Positions 49,151-58,862 of a stretch of DNA of 64,000 nt are shown here, piece after piece (position 1 is the first letter of the stretch; the number at the start of each line of letters is the position of its first letter). The notes under the pieces were generated by a model that saw only the letters and a list, made by a program, of their open reading frames with translations, made no database searches and was not told the DNA's origin. The stretch lies in the NCBI GenBank assembly GCA_002369135.1, contig DFEY01000002.1, forward strand, positions 168,601-232,600, read 5' to 3'. This DNA comes from Lachnospira sp. UBA3790. GTDB lineage: Bacteria; Bacillota; Clostridia; Lachnospirales; Lachnospiraceae. The translations under genes were made by a program, and so were the position numbers.

Positions 49151-50242
49151 CTACTTCTTAGTCTTTTTGCTCTTCTTATTACTCCACTTTTTAGCGTATA
49201 ATCTCTTGCCTTCAACAGTGGTACTATATGGTCTAACCATAACGTAATATCTCTTTCTAGCTTTTAGTTTCTTTAATGTTACTTTTTTGCCCTTAACAAT
49301 CTTTGTCTTGGACTTCTTCATAGACTTGTATTTTGAATATTTTACTTTGTAGCCGACTGCATGTTTAACCTTTTTCCACTTAACAGTAAGCTTTTTGTGC
49401 CCTGCTTTTATAGATTTAATCTTAGTTTTACCAGGTCTTTCAACTGTAATACCACTTCTTACAGTGATACTTCTCTTATACCAAGAAGCATTGTATGCTC
49501 CAAACCAGAAGTTCAAATCTACTCTTCCGCTAATTCCTGAAACAGAGCCTTTAGAAGTACACTGCCACATATTGGCAGATCCTTTGTAATCTAAGTCTGA
49601 ATCCCACTGCGCTACCCACTTAGAAACTGTCATATCCTTACTAAATGAACCTGGAATATAGTTATTCCACCAGTTTAAGTTCGCATATATACCAGACTTG
49701 TAACCTTGCGCATTAATAATGTTAAGGAAAGTATTTGCAATCTGACCAACCTTTGTCTTTCCAAGTTTAGCTTGCGCGCCTTCCTCCATATCGTAGTAAA
49801 TAGGGAAATACACGTCTCTTCCCTTTAACAAACGCAATACATGGTGAGCCTCACTCTTTGCCTGCGTAGTATTTTGTGCATAAGAATAAAGGTATGTACT
49901 AAACGGAATATTGTTCTTTATACACCCTGCTACGTTTTTCTCCCAGTAAGCATCGTCCTGGCTTGTGATGTTATCGCCAAATCCGCATCTTATAATTGCA
50001 AAGTCTACATCTGTCTTGGAAACCTTTTTCCAATCGATGTTTCCCTGCCACTTACTGACATCAACGCCCTTCATAGTGGCATTTTTTATCACATCGCCTT
50101 CATCATTGACAAACTGGCCCTTTGAATTTTTACTCCAAGCCTTTGTGGCCGCATTAATTTGTGGCGCAAAAATGGAGCCCATCACAAAGACAAGGCTTAT
50201 GATTATGGCTCCTTTAATTACATTTTTAAAACTCTCAGACAT
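49151..50242 (-). CDS. Secreted GH25 muramidase with Lys-rich FN3-like tail
   Basis: GVDVSKWQG, FAIIRCG, YYDMEE and WQCTSKG.V.GI.G.VDLN motifs. Start likely MSESF (ATG 50242). Confidence 0.9.
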   Translation of the reverse strand: MSESFKNVIKGAIIISLVFVMGSIFAPQINAATKAWSKNSKGQFVNDEGDVIKNATMKGVDVSKWQGNIDWKKVSKTDVDFAIIRCGFGDNITSQDDAYWEKNVAGCIKNNIPFSTYLYSYAQNTTQAKSEAHHVLRLLKGRDVYFPIYYDMEEGAQAKLGKTKVGQIANTFLNIINAQGYKSGIYANLNWWNNYIPGSFSKDMTVSKWVAQWDSDLDYKGSANMWQCTSKGSVSGISGRVDLNFWFGAYNASWYKRSITVRSGITVERPGKTKIKSIKAGHKKLTVKWKKVKHAVGYKVKYSKYKSMKKSKTKIVKGKKVTLKKLKARKRYYVMVRPYSTTVEGKRLYAKKWSNKKSKKTKK

Positions 50243-50282
50243 AATTCCTTCTTTCAACCCCTCATAGGTTCAACTTTTCGAT

Positions 50283-51473
50283 TTACTTAATATCAGCAAT
50301 AACTTTATCCAATATTTGTGATGCAACAGTGTCCTTCGACGCCTTTTCTAGCTGTTCCTCGCTATCCTTAGTGATAAGCGTAACAACATTTGTTCCTTCG
50401 CCAAAGCCTGCACCTTCCACTTTTAAGTTATTTGCGCATATTAAATCTAGATTTTTTTGTTCCAACTTATGTCTAGAATTTTCAACCATATTCTCTGTCT
50501 CCATGGCAAAGCCAACCAAGAACTGTTTTTTCTTACGCTTTGACATAGATAAAAGAATATCCTTATTTTCCTCGAGCTCTATTATAACATCTTTTTCAGA
50601 TTTTTTAATTTTTTCTTTCGCCTGGTTCTTTGGCTTGTAATCTGCCACTGCAGCGCTCATTATAACAATGTCTTGCTCGTCAAAGACCTTATCCACTGCA
50701 TCATACATTTCATCTGCGCTCTCTACTTCTACCACGTCTACAAACATTGGCTTATCAATGCTTGTAGGACCTGTCACAAGTGTAACCTCTGCACCGCGTC
50801 TTACAGCATTCTTCGCCAAAGCATATCCCATAGTTCCAGTTGAGTGGTTTGAAATGAATCTAACCGGATCTATCGCTTCCTTTGTAGGACCTGCAGTTAT
50901 TAGAATTTTCTTGCCCTCTAGGTCTTTGTCGCAAGCTACTTCTTTTAAGATATACTCCAAAAGCACTTCAGGTTCTGGCATCTTACCTTTACCTGTGTCG
51001 CCGCACGCCAAGTAACCAGTAGCTGGCTCTATTATTTCGTAATCGTATTTCTTTAGTTTCTCGATGTTTTCTTGCACGATAGGATTATCAAACATATTTG
51101 TATTCATGGCAGGCGAGATAATCTTCTTTGCCTTGCACGCCATAATGGTAGTCGTTAGCATATCATCCGCAATGCCACCGGCAATCTTTCCAATCACATT
51201 CGCACTGCATGGCGCAACCATAAAAACATCTGCCTTATCTGCCAAAGACACATGCTCCACGTTGAATTCGAAATCTCTATCGAAAGTCTCGATCAAACAT
51301 TTATTTCCAGTCAAAGTCTCAAAAGTGATAGGGTTAATAAAGTTAGTCGCATTCTTTGTCATAATAACATGAACGTCCGCTCCCAACTTCTTCAAAGCGC
51401 TTGCAAGATTTGCAGTTTTGTAAGCCGCTATACTTCCCGTAACTCCTAAGACTACAGTTTTTCCTTTTAACAT
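50283..51473 (-). CDS. coaBC: Bifunctional phosphopantothenoylcysteine decarboxylase/ligase
   Basis: GVTGSIAAYK, PAMNTNM, ITAGPT.E.IDPVRFISN.S.G.MG and AAVADY motifs. Confidence 0.95.
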   Translation of the reverse strand: MLKGKTVVLGVTGSIAAYKTANLASALKKLGADVHVIMTKNATNFINPITFETLTGNKCLIETFDRDFEFNVEHVSLADKADVFMVAPCSANVIGKIAGGIADDMLTTTIMACKAKKIISPAMNTNMFDNPIVQENIEKLKKYDYEIIEPATGYLACGDTGKGKMPEPEVLLEYILKEVACDKDLEGKKILITAGPTKEAIDPVRFISNHSTGTMGYALAKNAVRRGAEVTLVTGPTSIDKPMFVDVVEVESADEMYDAVDKVFDEQDIVIMSAAVADYKPKNQAKEKIKKSEKDVIIELEENKDILLSMSKRKKKQFLVGFAMETENMVENSRHKLEQKNLDLICANNLKVEGAGFGEGTNVVTLITKDSEEQLEKASKDTVASQILDKVIADIK

Positions 51474-51874
51474 TATCCTAACCTCTCTACGTCAAACAAT
51501 GCTCCGTGCTTTTCATAGTTTGTAACACGAGTGATCTTATTTTCGTCATCGACAAAGACAACCTTTGGAGGAGTATTCTTTGCCTCCTCTTCGCTCATCT
51601 GAGCGTAGCTCATAATGATAACCTTATCTCCAATATCAACTTTGTGAGCTGCTGCTCCGTTCACGCATATAACGCCTGATCCTTTGTCGCCAGCAATCAC
51701 GTAAGTATCGAAACGATTACCATTGTTAACATCAGCCACCTGAACTTTTTCGTATTCCAAAATACCAGAGTTAATCATCAACTCCTCATCTATCGTAATA
51801 CTTCCAACATAGTCCACGTCAGCCTGTGTCACTGTTGCTCTATGAATTTTACTTTTCAACATTTCTAAAACCAT
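51473..51874 (-). CDS. panD: Aspartate 1-decarboxylase
   Basis: [14 protein letters not shown]|SITID self-cleavage site and NGAAAH motif. Confidence 0.96.
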   Translation of the reverse strand: MVLEMLKSKIHRATVTQADVDYVGSITIDEELMINSGILEYEKVQVADVNNGNRFDTYVIAGDKGSGVICVNGAAAHKVDIGDKVIIMSYAQMSEEEAKNTPPKVVFVDDENKITRVTNYEKHGALFDVERLG

Positions 51875-51895
51875 TTTTTCAAACCTCTTAAATAT

Positions 51896-52738
51896 TTATT
51901 CAATAATAAAGTTGTCAATCAATCTAGTTTTACCAACATATACTGCCATTGCCACAAGCATTGGCGCTTTAATCTTATCTTGCTGCTGCATTGTAAGTCC
52001 GTTTACTGCCTTCACATAATCAATCTTTGCCAAAGGCTCAGTCTCGATATTCGCTTTCATAGCCTCAACTAAAACATTAGCATCGCTCTCGCCGTTAGCA
52101 ACAATCTGCTTTCCAAGTTCTATAGTCTTGTATAGGATAAGCGCTGCCTGTCTTTCTTCTGGAGAAAGATAAGTATTTCTAGAACTCTTTGCAAGCCCAT
52201 CTTCTTCTCTGATAGTTGGGCAACCAACTATTTCTAAATCCATATTCAAGTCTTCCACCATATGTCTGATAATGGCTAGCTGCTGCGCATCCTTCTGTCC
52301 AAAGTATGCTTTGTCTGGAGCAACAATGTTAAATAACTTATTGACTACTGTACAAACTCCTCTAAAGTGAACTGGTCTAGATAGTCCGCAGAGTTCCTCT
52401 GTTAAAACATCCATATCCACATATGTGCTAAATCCAGGATTGTACATTTCCTCTGGTTCTGGATTGAAAATCAAATCTGCACCCAAACTTTCACAATATG
52501 CTGAATCCTTTTCAATATCTCTTGGATAACTTTCTAGATCTTCGCTTGGTCCGAACTGCATTGGATTTACAAAATCACTAACTACTGTTCTGTCATTTTC
52601 CTCCACAGATTTCTTTATCAAACTTCCATGTCCTTCATGAAGGTATCCCATAGTTGGTACTAGTCCAACAGTTAACCCTTCACTCTTCCAAACTTTTACT
52701 TGTTCTCTTACTTCATTAATTGTTTTTACTAACTTCAT
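51896..52738 (-). CDS. panC: Pantoate--beta-alanine ligase
   Basis: VPTMGYLHEGH, RP.HFRGV, FGQKDAQQ and GLAKSSRN motifs. Confidence 0.96.
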   Translation of the reverse strand: MKLVKTINEVREQVKVWKSEGLTVGLVPTMGYLHEGHGSLIKKSVEENDRTVVSDFVNPMQFGPSEDLESYPRDIEKDSAYCESLGADLIFNPEPEEMYNPGFSTYVDMDVLTEELCGLSRPVHFRGVCTVVNKLFNIVAPDKAYFGQKDAQQLAIIRHMVEDLNMDLEIVGCPTIREEDGLAKSSRNTYLSPEERQAALILYKTIELGKQIVANGESDANVLVEAMKANIETEPLAKIDYVKAVNGLTMQQQDKIKAPMLVAMAVYVGKTRLIDNFIIE

Positions 52739-52763
52739 TTTTCTCTCCTGTTTTTATGTAAAC

Positions 52764-53591
52764 CTAGTATAATTTTTCGATTATGTCGTCATCTATATCG
52801 TATGTGTGTTCTTCTCCTGGGAATGTTCCATCATTCACTTCTTTGATGTAACTTTCAAATGCCTCTTTCATCACATCTCCCATATTGGCAAACTGCTTAA
52901 CAAACTTTGGAACAAAGTCCTTAAACATTCCAAGCATATCTTGCATTACTAAAACCTGACCGTCTGTGTCTTTGCCGGCACCTATTCCGATAGTTGGAAT
53001 AGATAGTTTTTCTGTAACCATCTTGGCAAGTTTCGCTGGGACACCCTCTAACACTACCATAGATGCTCCTGCCTTTTCCACAGCAAATGCGTCTTCTATC
53101 AACTTCTTTGCAGCGGCCTCAGTTTTTCCCTGCACCTTGTATCCGCCAAAGGCATTGATGGACTGTGGTGTAAGACCAATGTGTGCACAAACTGGGATAG
53201 ATGCTTTCACAATAGCCTCTATCTGTGGACAAACTTCCACGCCGCCCTCTAGTTTAACCATATTTGCGCGGCCTTCCTGAACTAGTCTGCCAGCATTTCT
53301 CACCGCATCGCTCACGTCAGCCTGATATGACATAAATGGCATATCACAAACTACGAAAGTATCTTTTACTGCACGAGATACCGCCGCACAGTGGTGAATC
53401 ATATCTTCCATCGTCACCTGCAAAGTATCCTCGTAACCAAGCATAACGTTTCCAAGTGAGTCACCTACCAATATTGTGTTTACTCCTGCTTCTTCCATAA
53501 TCTTTGCCGATGAATAATCATAGCAAGTGATCATTGAAATCTTTTCGCCGTTGTTCTTTTGTTCCTGTAATGTTGTAACTGTGTTCTTCAT
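52764..53591 (-). CDS. panB: 3-methyl-2-oxobutanoate hydroxymethyltransferase
   Basis: [29 protein letters not shown] and GIGAG..TDGQVLV motifs. Confidence 0.96.
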   Translation of the reverse strand: MKNTVTTLQEQKNNGEKISMITCYDYSSAKIMEEAGVNTILVGDSLGNVMLGYEDTLQVTMEDMIHHCAAVSRAVKDTFVVCDMPFMSYQADVSDAVRNAGRLVQEGRANMVKLEGGVEVCPQIEAIVKASIPVCAHIGLTPQSINAFGGYKVQGKTEAAAKKLIEDAFAVEKAGASMVVLEGVPAKLAKMVTEKLSIPTIGIGAGKDTDGQVLVMQDMLGMFKDFVPKFVKQFANMGDVMKEAFESYIKEVNDGTFPGEEHTYDIDDDIIEKLY

Positions 53592-53608
53592 TTTTGTCTC
53601 CTTTGCTG

Positions 53609-54421
53609 CTACTTCAACAATTCTTCTATCTGTGAATAATCCCTATCTGGATTCTTTTTCTTTGCTACTTTTAACACCTGTTTTGACACTGACTTGTAAG
53701 CATCAATCTCGCTCTCTTTAAGAGCCGCCAAATGCTTCTTTATAGTGGTAGCATCTCCTCGCTCAATTGGACCCGTAAGCGCTTTCACTGTCCCATCTTC
53801 TATAATGTGATCCATATTGGCTTTCATAATCGGAACCAAAGCCTCGTGAGGAATGATTTTTTCTGCCATATCAACAAGACCTACTACCAAGTTGCTAGCA
53901 ACCGCCGCCGCCAAATGATATCTAGCCTTGTCCTCTGTCTTAATAAGGTTTACTTTGTTTCCAAGACGCACAAATAGATTAGACACCTCGTCTAATTTTT
54001 CTTTGTCGCCCTCGATTGTAAAATAAATATTGGATAACTCTTTGTACGATTTGTATTTGTCGTTAATCGCACAGAGTGGGTGGATGGAATAACCATAACT
54101 GTTATGATTATCTAACCCTGAAAAGATTTCCGATGAATGTACGCCACTAGTGTGACATATAATCTTATCGGTAAAATGACTTAAACTTACCTGATTCCAG
54201 ACGTCCGCCAAAGAATCGTCTGGCACTGTAAAGAATAAAACATCACTATCCGCTACTAACTCATCTAATGAATCGTAACTTTTACTATTAGTAAATTCTG
54301 CTGCTTCTAGTGAATCTTGTTTTGCTTCGCTGTAGTAACCCACGACGTCTAAATCATGGTCAGCGAAATATTTTCCAAGGGAAAAGCCAACTTTTCCCGC
54401 GCCAATAAATCCAAACTTCAT
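53609..54421 (-). CDS. Rossmann-like + DUF2520 oxidoreductase, probable PanG-type ketopantoate reductase
   Basis: [26 protein letters not shown] and [10 protein letters not shown]...H motifs; first gene of the pan operon. Start at ATG 54421 fits RBS AGGAGG with a 7-nt spacer. Confidence 0.82.
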   Translation of the reverse strand: MKFGFIGAGKVGFSLGKYFADHDLDVVGYYSEAKQDSLEAAEFTNSKSYDSLDELVADSDVLFFTVPDDSLADVWNQVSLSHFTDKIICHTSGVHSSEIFSGLDNHNSYGYSIHPLCAINDKYKSYKELSNIYFTIEGDKEKLDEVSNLFVRLGNKVNLIKTEDKARYHLAAAVASNLVVGLVDMAEKIIPHEALVPIMKANMDHIIEDGTVKALTGPIERGDATTIKKHLAALKESEIDAYKSVSKQVLKVAKKKNPDRDYSQIEELLK

Positions 54422-54425
54422 GGGC

Positions 54426-54535
54426 ATCCCTCCTTCCGGGACAATGAGTCTTATTCTTCCGATATAAGCTCAGGCTCAATCCGTCATCTCTATTCGCTTT
54501 TCAGGGTATGGTTTCTTACGAATACCATCCGCGAA
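54426..54535 (-). ncRNA. Structured 5' leader of the pan operon, resembling the pan RNA motif
   Basis: Two tandem hairpins (54493-54535 and 54445-54472), each with two bulged A's and a GNRA loop, then a hairpin UCCC/GGGA that overlaps the RBS. Confidence 0.65.
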
Positions 54536-54539
54536 GGCT

Positions 54540-54568
54540 AATATACTACAAAAACCCCAATAAGTAAA
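54540..54568 (-). promoter_or_regulatory. Candidate sigma-A promoter of the pan operon
   Basis: Minus strand TTTACT, 17-nt spacer, TATATT, placing the start site at the base of hairpin 1. Confidence 0.55.
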
Positions 54569-54604
54569 GCAAAAAAGTCTCCTACAAAAATGACATTCGA
54601 GCCT

Positions 54605-54648
54605 AAAAAAAATAAACTCGAAATTACTAAAAATCGTAATTTCGAGTT
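54605..54648 (-). terminator. Intrinsic terminator after the trigger-factor-like gene
   Basis: AACTCGAAATTAC-N8-GTAATTTCGAGTT perfect 13-bp stem followed on the minus strand by TATTTTTTTT. Confidence 0.75.
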
Positions 54649-54672
54649 CATTTTTTCTCTCGAACGAGTTAT

Positions 54673-55818
54673 TTATTTCTTAGCTTTTTTTGTAGTTTTA
54701 GCCTTCTTTGTTGTCATTGGGGCTGGTGTAGTGGTAGGCTCTGAACCCTTCTTCTCTTTTACGTTGTCTACGATAAAGTCTTGAACTTTTTGAGCAAGAA
54801 TTCCAATTTCGATTTCATCTTTTCCTTGCTGTTTTTCGAAGTCTTTTAGAGTCATACCATTCTGCTTAGCATACTTGCTAGCTTCTTTTTTGTATTCCTT
54901 GGCAGATAGAGTTAAGTTTTCTCTCTTAGCAACTTCTCTGATAAACATATTCTGTTTAACAACCTGTTTAGCCTGCTCTGTTAACTGCTTATTCCACTGC
55001 TTCTTTGTCATCTGGCAAGCTTTTAGGTAAGCATCAAGTGAAACTTCTCCGCCAAACTGCTGGCTGTACTGAGCCAACTGCTGATCTGTAAGTTTCTTCT
55101 TAGCTTTCTTGAGTTCTTTGTCGTCGTACTTAGTAACCTTTGAATCCTCAAGAATCTTGCCCATAATCTTATTGGAAATGTTATACTTTCTCATTTCTGT
55201 CTTGATGTACTTCTTAAGTTCTTTTACAGTCTTAATATCTTTGTCAGCCTGGAATAATGTCTTGGCATTTTCCTTTACAAACTTATCATTAAGCTTAGGT
55301 GTTTCTTTCTTTGTAAGTGAATTAATCTTGAAAGTAAACCATACTGGCTTTCCAGCAAGTGAAACTTCTTTGCCCTTAACCTTTGCCTTGTTTGTGTAAG
55401 TCTTAGGGAACTTCATCTTTGCTGTGAACTTGTCACCTACGTTATGTCCAACAATTGAACTTGTGAAACCTTCAATATAGTTCTGTGCATCCTGAGCTAG
55501 ATCTATATCTTGCTTCTTAGCAGTACCACCTTCAAAGGCTTCCTTCTTTCCTTTATATTCAATTTGGCCTTTGTAATCTACATTAACTTTGTCAGAAGCG
55601 CCTACTTTACCTTTTTTAACTTTCTTCTCTTTAGCGCTCTGGCTCAAAGCATTATCGATTGCTGACTTAACGTCTGCATCTGTTACTTTGATATCGTCTT
55701 TATAGACTACTACACCTTTGTATTTAGCTAATTTAATTTTGCCTTCGTCTGAGCCACATCCTACTAAACTGAATGCAACTGCTACTGTAAGCATAATTGC
55801 TAGTAATTTTTTAAACAT
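54673..55818 (-). CDS. Trigger-factor-like FKBP PPIase lipoprotein
   Basis: Lipobox LVGC, VNVDYKG, FEGG, YIEGF...IVG.....F......FP..Y....LAGK...F FKBP pattern, TF C-domain-like helices. Start moved to MFKKLL (ATG 55818, RBS GAGGTG). Confidence 0.85.
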   Translation of the reverse strand: MFKKLLAIMLTVAVAFSLVGCGSDEGKIKLAKYKGVVVYKDDIKVTDADVKSAIDNALSQSAKEKKVKKGKVGASDKVNVDYKGQIEYKGKKEAFEGGTAKKQDIDLAQDAQNYIEGFTSSIVGHNVGDKFTAKMKFPKTYTNKAKVKGKEVSLAGKPVWFTFKINSLTKKETPKLNDKFVKENAKTLFQADKDIKTVKELKKYIKTEMRKYNISNKIMGKILEDSKVTKYDDKELKKAKKKLTDQQLAQYSQQFGGEVSLDAYLKACQMTKKQWNKQLTEQAKQVVKQNMFIREVAKRENLTLSAKEYKKEASKYAKQNGMTLKDFEKQQGKDEIEIGILAQKVQDFIVDNVKEKKGSEPTTTPAPMTTKKAKTTKKAKK

Positions 55819-55977
55819 AATTTTCACCTCTGTCTTCAAATTAAAATCGGTTATATGCCGATTTCACACATAACCGATTTTATCATATTATATTCTTTTA
55901 TTAAAGCATTTTATTGCCTTTGGTATCACAAAGTGGTAACAGAATTTTCACAATTTGCTTTCTGCTCTTTGTGTCTA

Positions 55978-57408
55978 TTAAACGTTAATTTCTGCGCTAA
56001 GTCCCAACTCGTCTTTGTTGCCCTCAAGTATTGGATTAATCACATCACGAAGGAACTCTTCCACTTGCTCTGGAGCGCGTCCAACATACTTTGAAGGGTC
56101 CATAGTCTTCTGAAGATCCTCTAGACTTAAGCCGAATGATTCGTCGTTCGCGATTAGCTCAAGCAAGTTGTTTTCTAGACCTTCTCTCTTAACATTGGCT
56201 CCTGCTTCCATTGAAAGCTTACGAATCTTCTCGTGAAGTTCCTGTCTATCTCCACCTGCCTTAACAGCATCCATCATAATGTTTTCTGTAGCCATAAATG
56301 GAAGTTCACTCATAAGTCTCTTTGTGATTACTTTGTCGTAGACTACTAGTCCATCTACCACGTTCATATATAGGTCTAGGATTCCATCTGTTGCTAGGAA
56401 CGCCTCTGGCACACTGATTCTCTTGTTGGCAGAATCATCTAGTGTACGCTCGAACCATTGTGTAGATGATGTAATGGCTGGGTTGATGTTAACTGTCATT
56501 ACATAATTTGCAAGTGATGCGATACGTTCTGAACGCATAGGATTTCTCTTATACGCCATGGCCGAAGAACCAATCTGACTCTTCTCGAATGGCTCCTCAA
56601 TCTCCTTCAAATGTTGAAGAAGTCTGATGTCGTTTGAGAACTTGTGCGCACTTGCAGCAATACCTGAAAGTACGTTAAGCACTCTTGTGTCAATCTTTCT
56701 AGAATAAGTCTGACCTGAAACTGGGATGCACTCTTTAAATCCCATCTTCTCGGCAATCTTCTTATCTAGTTCTTTAACCTTTTCATGGTCTCCCTCAAAT
56801 AGTTCTAGGAAACTAGCCTGAGTACCTGTTGTACCCTTTGAGCCTAAAAGAACCATCTGATCAATCATATAGTCGATATCATCCAAGTCTAGTTTCAATT
56901 CCATGAGCCATAGTGATGCTCTCTTACCAACAGTTGTTGGCTGAGCTGGCTGGAAGTGAGTAAAACCTAGAGTTGGTAGGTCTTTGTAGCGGTCAGCAAA
57001 CTTTGCTAACTCGTTCATTACGTTTAAGAGTTTCTTTCTAACAAGTTTAAGACCCTCTGTCATAATGATTATATCTGTGTTATCACCCACATAACATGAA
57101 GTAGCACCAAGGTGAATAATACCCTTAGCATTTGGACACTGCTGGCCGTACGCATAAACATGACTCATAACGTCATGTCTAACTTCCTTTTCACGCTTCT
57201 TTGCCACATCATAGTTAATATCATCAGCGTTAGCCTTTAGTTCATCAACTTGCTCCTGTGTGACATTAAGTCCAAGTTCCATCTCAGACTCCGCCAAAGC
57301 AATCCAAAGTTTTCTCCATGTTTTAAACTTTTTATCTGGTGAGAAAATATACTGCATTTCTTTGCTGGCATATCTCTCTCCTAGTGGTGTTGTGTATTTA
57401 TCGTTCAT
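55978..57408 (-). CDS. purB: Adenylosuccinate lyase
   Basis: RHDVMSH, GFTHFQPAQ, signature GSSAMAYKRNP and FERTLDDSA motifs. Confidence 0.95.
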   Translation of the reverse strand: MNDKYTTPLGERYASKEMQYIFSPDKKFKTWRKLWIALAESEMELGLNVTQEQVDELKANADDINYDVAKKREKEVRHDVMSHVYAYGQQCPNAKGIIHLGATSCYVGDNTDIIIMTEGLKLVRKKLLNVMNELAKFADRYKDLPTLGFTHFQPAQPTTVGKRASLWLMELKLDLDDIDYMIDQMVLLGSKGTTGTQASFLELFEGDHEKVKELDKKIAEKMGFKECIPVSGQTYSRKIDTRVLNVLSGIAASAHKFSNDIRLLQHLKEIEEPFEKSQIGSSAMAYKRNPMRSERIASLANYVMTVNINPAITSSTQWFERTLDDSANKRISVPEAFLATDGILDLYMNVVDGLVVYDKVITKRLMSELPFMATENIMMDAVKAGGDRQELHEKIRKLSMEAGANVKREGLENNLLELIANDESFGLSLEDLQKTMDPSKYVGRAPEQVEEFLRDVINPILEGNKDELGLSAEINV

Positions 57409-57422
57409 AATAAATCCCCTTT

Positions 57423-58853
57423 TTATAATAATTCTTTTATCAACTTATTTACCAATCCAGGATTTGCTTTACCCTGTGTTGCTTTCATTGTCTGCCCTAC
57501 CAATGCGCCTATGGCTTTTTCTTTTCCATTTCTTACATCATCTGCTGCTTTTGGATTTTCTTCAATCACCTTCTTGATGATTTTTTTTAATCCTTCTTCG
57601 TCGTTGTCCTGTTTCATATTGTGCTCTTCCACATACTTTTCAGGATCCACATTATCTTTGAACATCGCTTCAAAGACTTCCTTCGCAGCACCGCGGTTTA
57701 TTGTGCTGTCCTCTATCATCTTGATAAGTTTTGATAGATTTTCTGCAGTAACGCTAACTTGATCTGGGTCAACAGACTCTTCCTTACAAAGTCTCATAGT
57801 CTCGCCCATAATCCAGTTACTTACTTCTTTAGGTTTGTTGCCAAGTGCTACTGTCTCTTCGAACAAGTCCGCCAAAGGCTTGTACAAAGTAATAATCTCT
57901 GCATCGTACTCTGGCAAATCAAACTCTGAAATATATCTAGCCATCTTTTCATCTCTGAACTCTGGCTCTTTGCTCTTTACTTCTTCCATCCACTCATCGC
58001 TGATGATGATTGGAGTTAAGTCTGGGTCTGGGAAGTATCTGTAATCCTGCGCATCCTCTTTTGAACGCATTGGATATGAATACTCTTTTGTATCATCCCA
58101 TCTTCTAGTTTCTTGAAGTACTTCTTCGCCGGACTCTAGTAAATCTATCTGGCGATTCTTCTCATTCTCGATTGCTCTAGCGATTGACTTAAATGAGTTA
58201 AGGTTCTTCATCTCTGTACGAGTACCAAACTCTTCAGCGCCCACTTCACGAACTGATAAGTTAACATCGGCTCTCATTGAACCTTCATTAAGTTTGCAAT
58301 CTGATGCACCCAAGTACTGAATAATCAATCTTAACTTCTCAAGATATGCAATAACCTCTTCAGCACTTCTCATATCTGGCTCAGACACAATCTCAATTAG
58401 TGGCACACCTGAACGGTTCAAGTCAACTAAAGATGCATCGTTGAAATCATCGTGAATCAATTTTCCAGCATCCTCTTCCATATGAATCTCGTGGATACGA
58501 ACCTTCTTCTCTGTGCCATCTTCAGTTTTTATTTCCACATAACCATTTCTACAGATTGGCTCATAAAGCTGAGAAATCTGATAGTTCTGTGGATTGTCTG
58601 GATAGAAATAATTCTTTCTATCGAATTTACAATTCTGTGTGATGTCACAGTTTGTCGCCATACCAACTGCCATTGCGTATTCAACCACCTGCTTATTCAA
58701 AACTGGTAGTGAACCTGGCATTCCTGTACAAACTGGACATGTATGTGTATTTGGTGCTCCGCCAAACTCAGTTGAGCAAGAGCAGAAAATCTTTGTCTTG
58801 GTAGCAAGTTCAACATGAACTTCCAAACCGATGACTGTCTCGTAATTCTTCAT
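57423..58853 (-). CDS. gatB: Asp/Glu-tRNA amidotransferase subunit B
   Basis: IGLEVHVEL, FDRKNYFYPD, HMEEDAGK and DYRYFPDPDL motifs. Confidence 0.96.
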   Translation of the reverse strand: MKNYETVIGLEVHVELATKTKIFCSCSTEFGGAPNTHTCPVCTGMPGSLPVLNKQVVEYAMAVGMATNCDITQNCKFDRKNYFYPDNPQNYQISQLYEPICRNGYVEIKTEDGTEKKVRIHEIHMEEDAGKLIHDDFNDASLVDLNRSGVPLIEIVSEPDMRSAEEVIAYLEKLRLIIQYLGASDCKLNEGSMRADVNLSVREVGAEEFGTRTEMKNLNSFKSIARAIENEKNRQIDLLESGEEVLQETRRWDDTKEYSYPMRSKEDAQDYRYFPDPDLTPIIISDEWMEEVKSKEPEFRDEKMARYISEFDLPEYDAEIITLYKPLADLFEETVALGNKPKEVSNWIMGETMRLCKEESVDPDQVSVTAENLSKLIKMIEDSTINRGAAKEVFEAMFKDNVDPEKYVEEHNMKQDNDEEGLKKIIKKVIEENPKAADDVRNGKEKAIGALVGQTMKATQGKANPGLVNKLIKELL

Positions 58854-58862
58854 GCGAACCTC

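Noticed and set aside
21958-55839. Longer N-termini in the ORF track for thrH (22713), purE (32107), pyrF (39181), GH25 (50257) and the trigger-factor-like gene (55839); likewise 17416, 18869 and 21913
   Set aside because: Downstream ATGs have properly spaced RBSs or stop-start coupling and match the family N-terminus or signal peptide.
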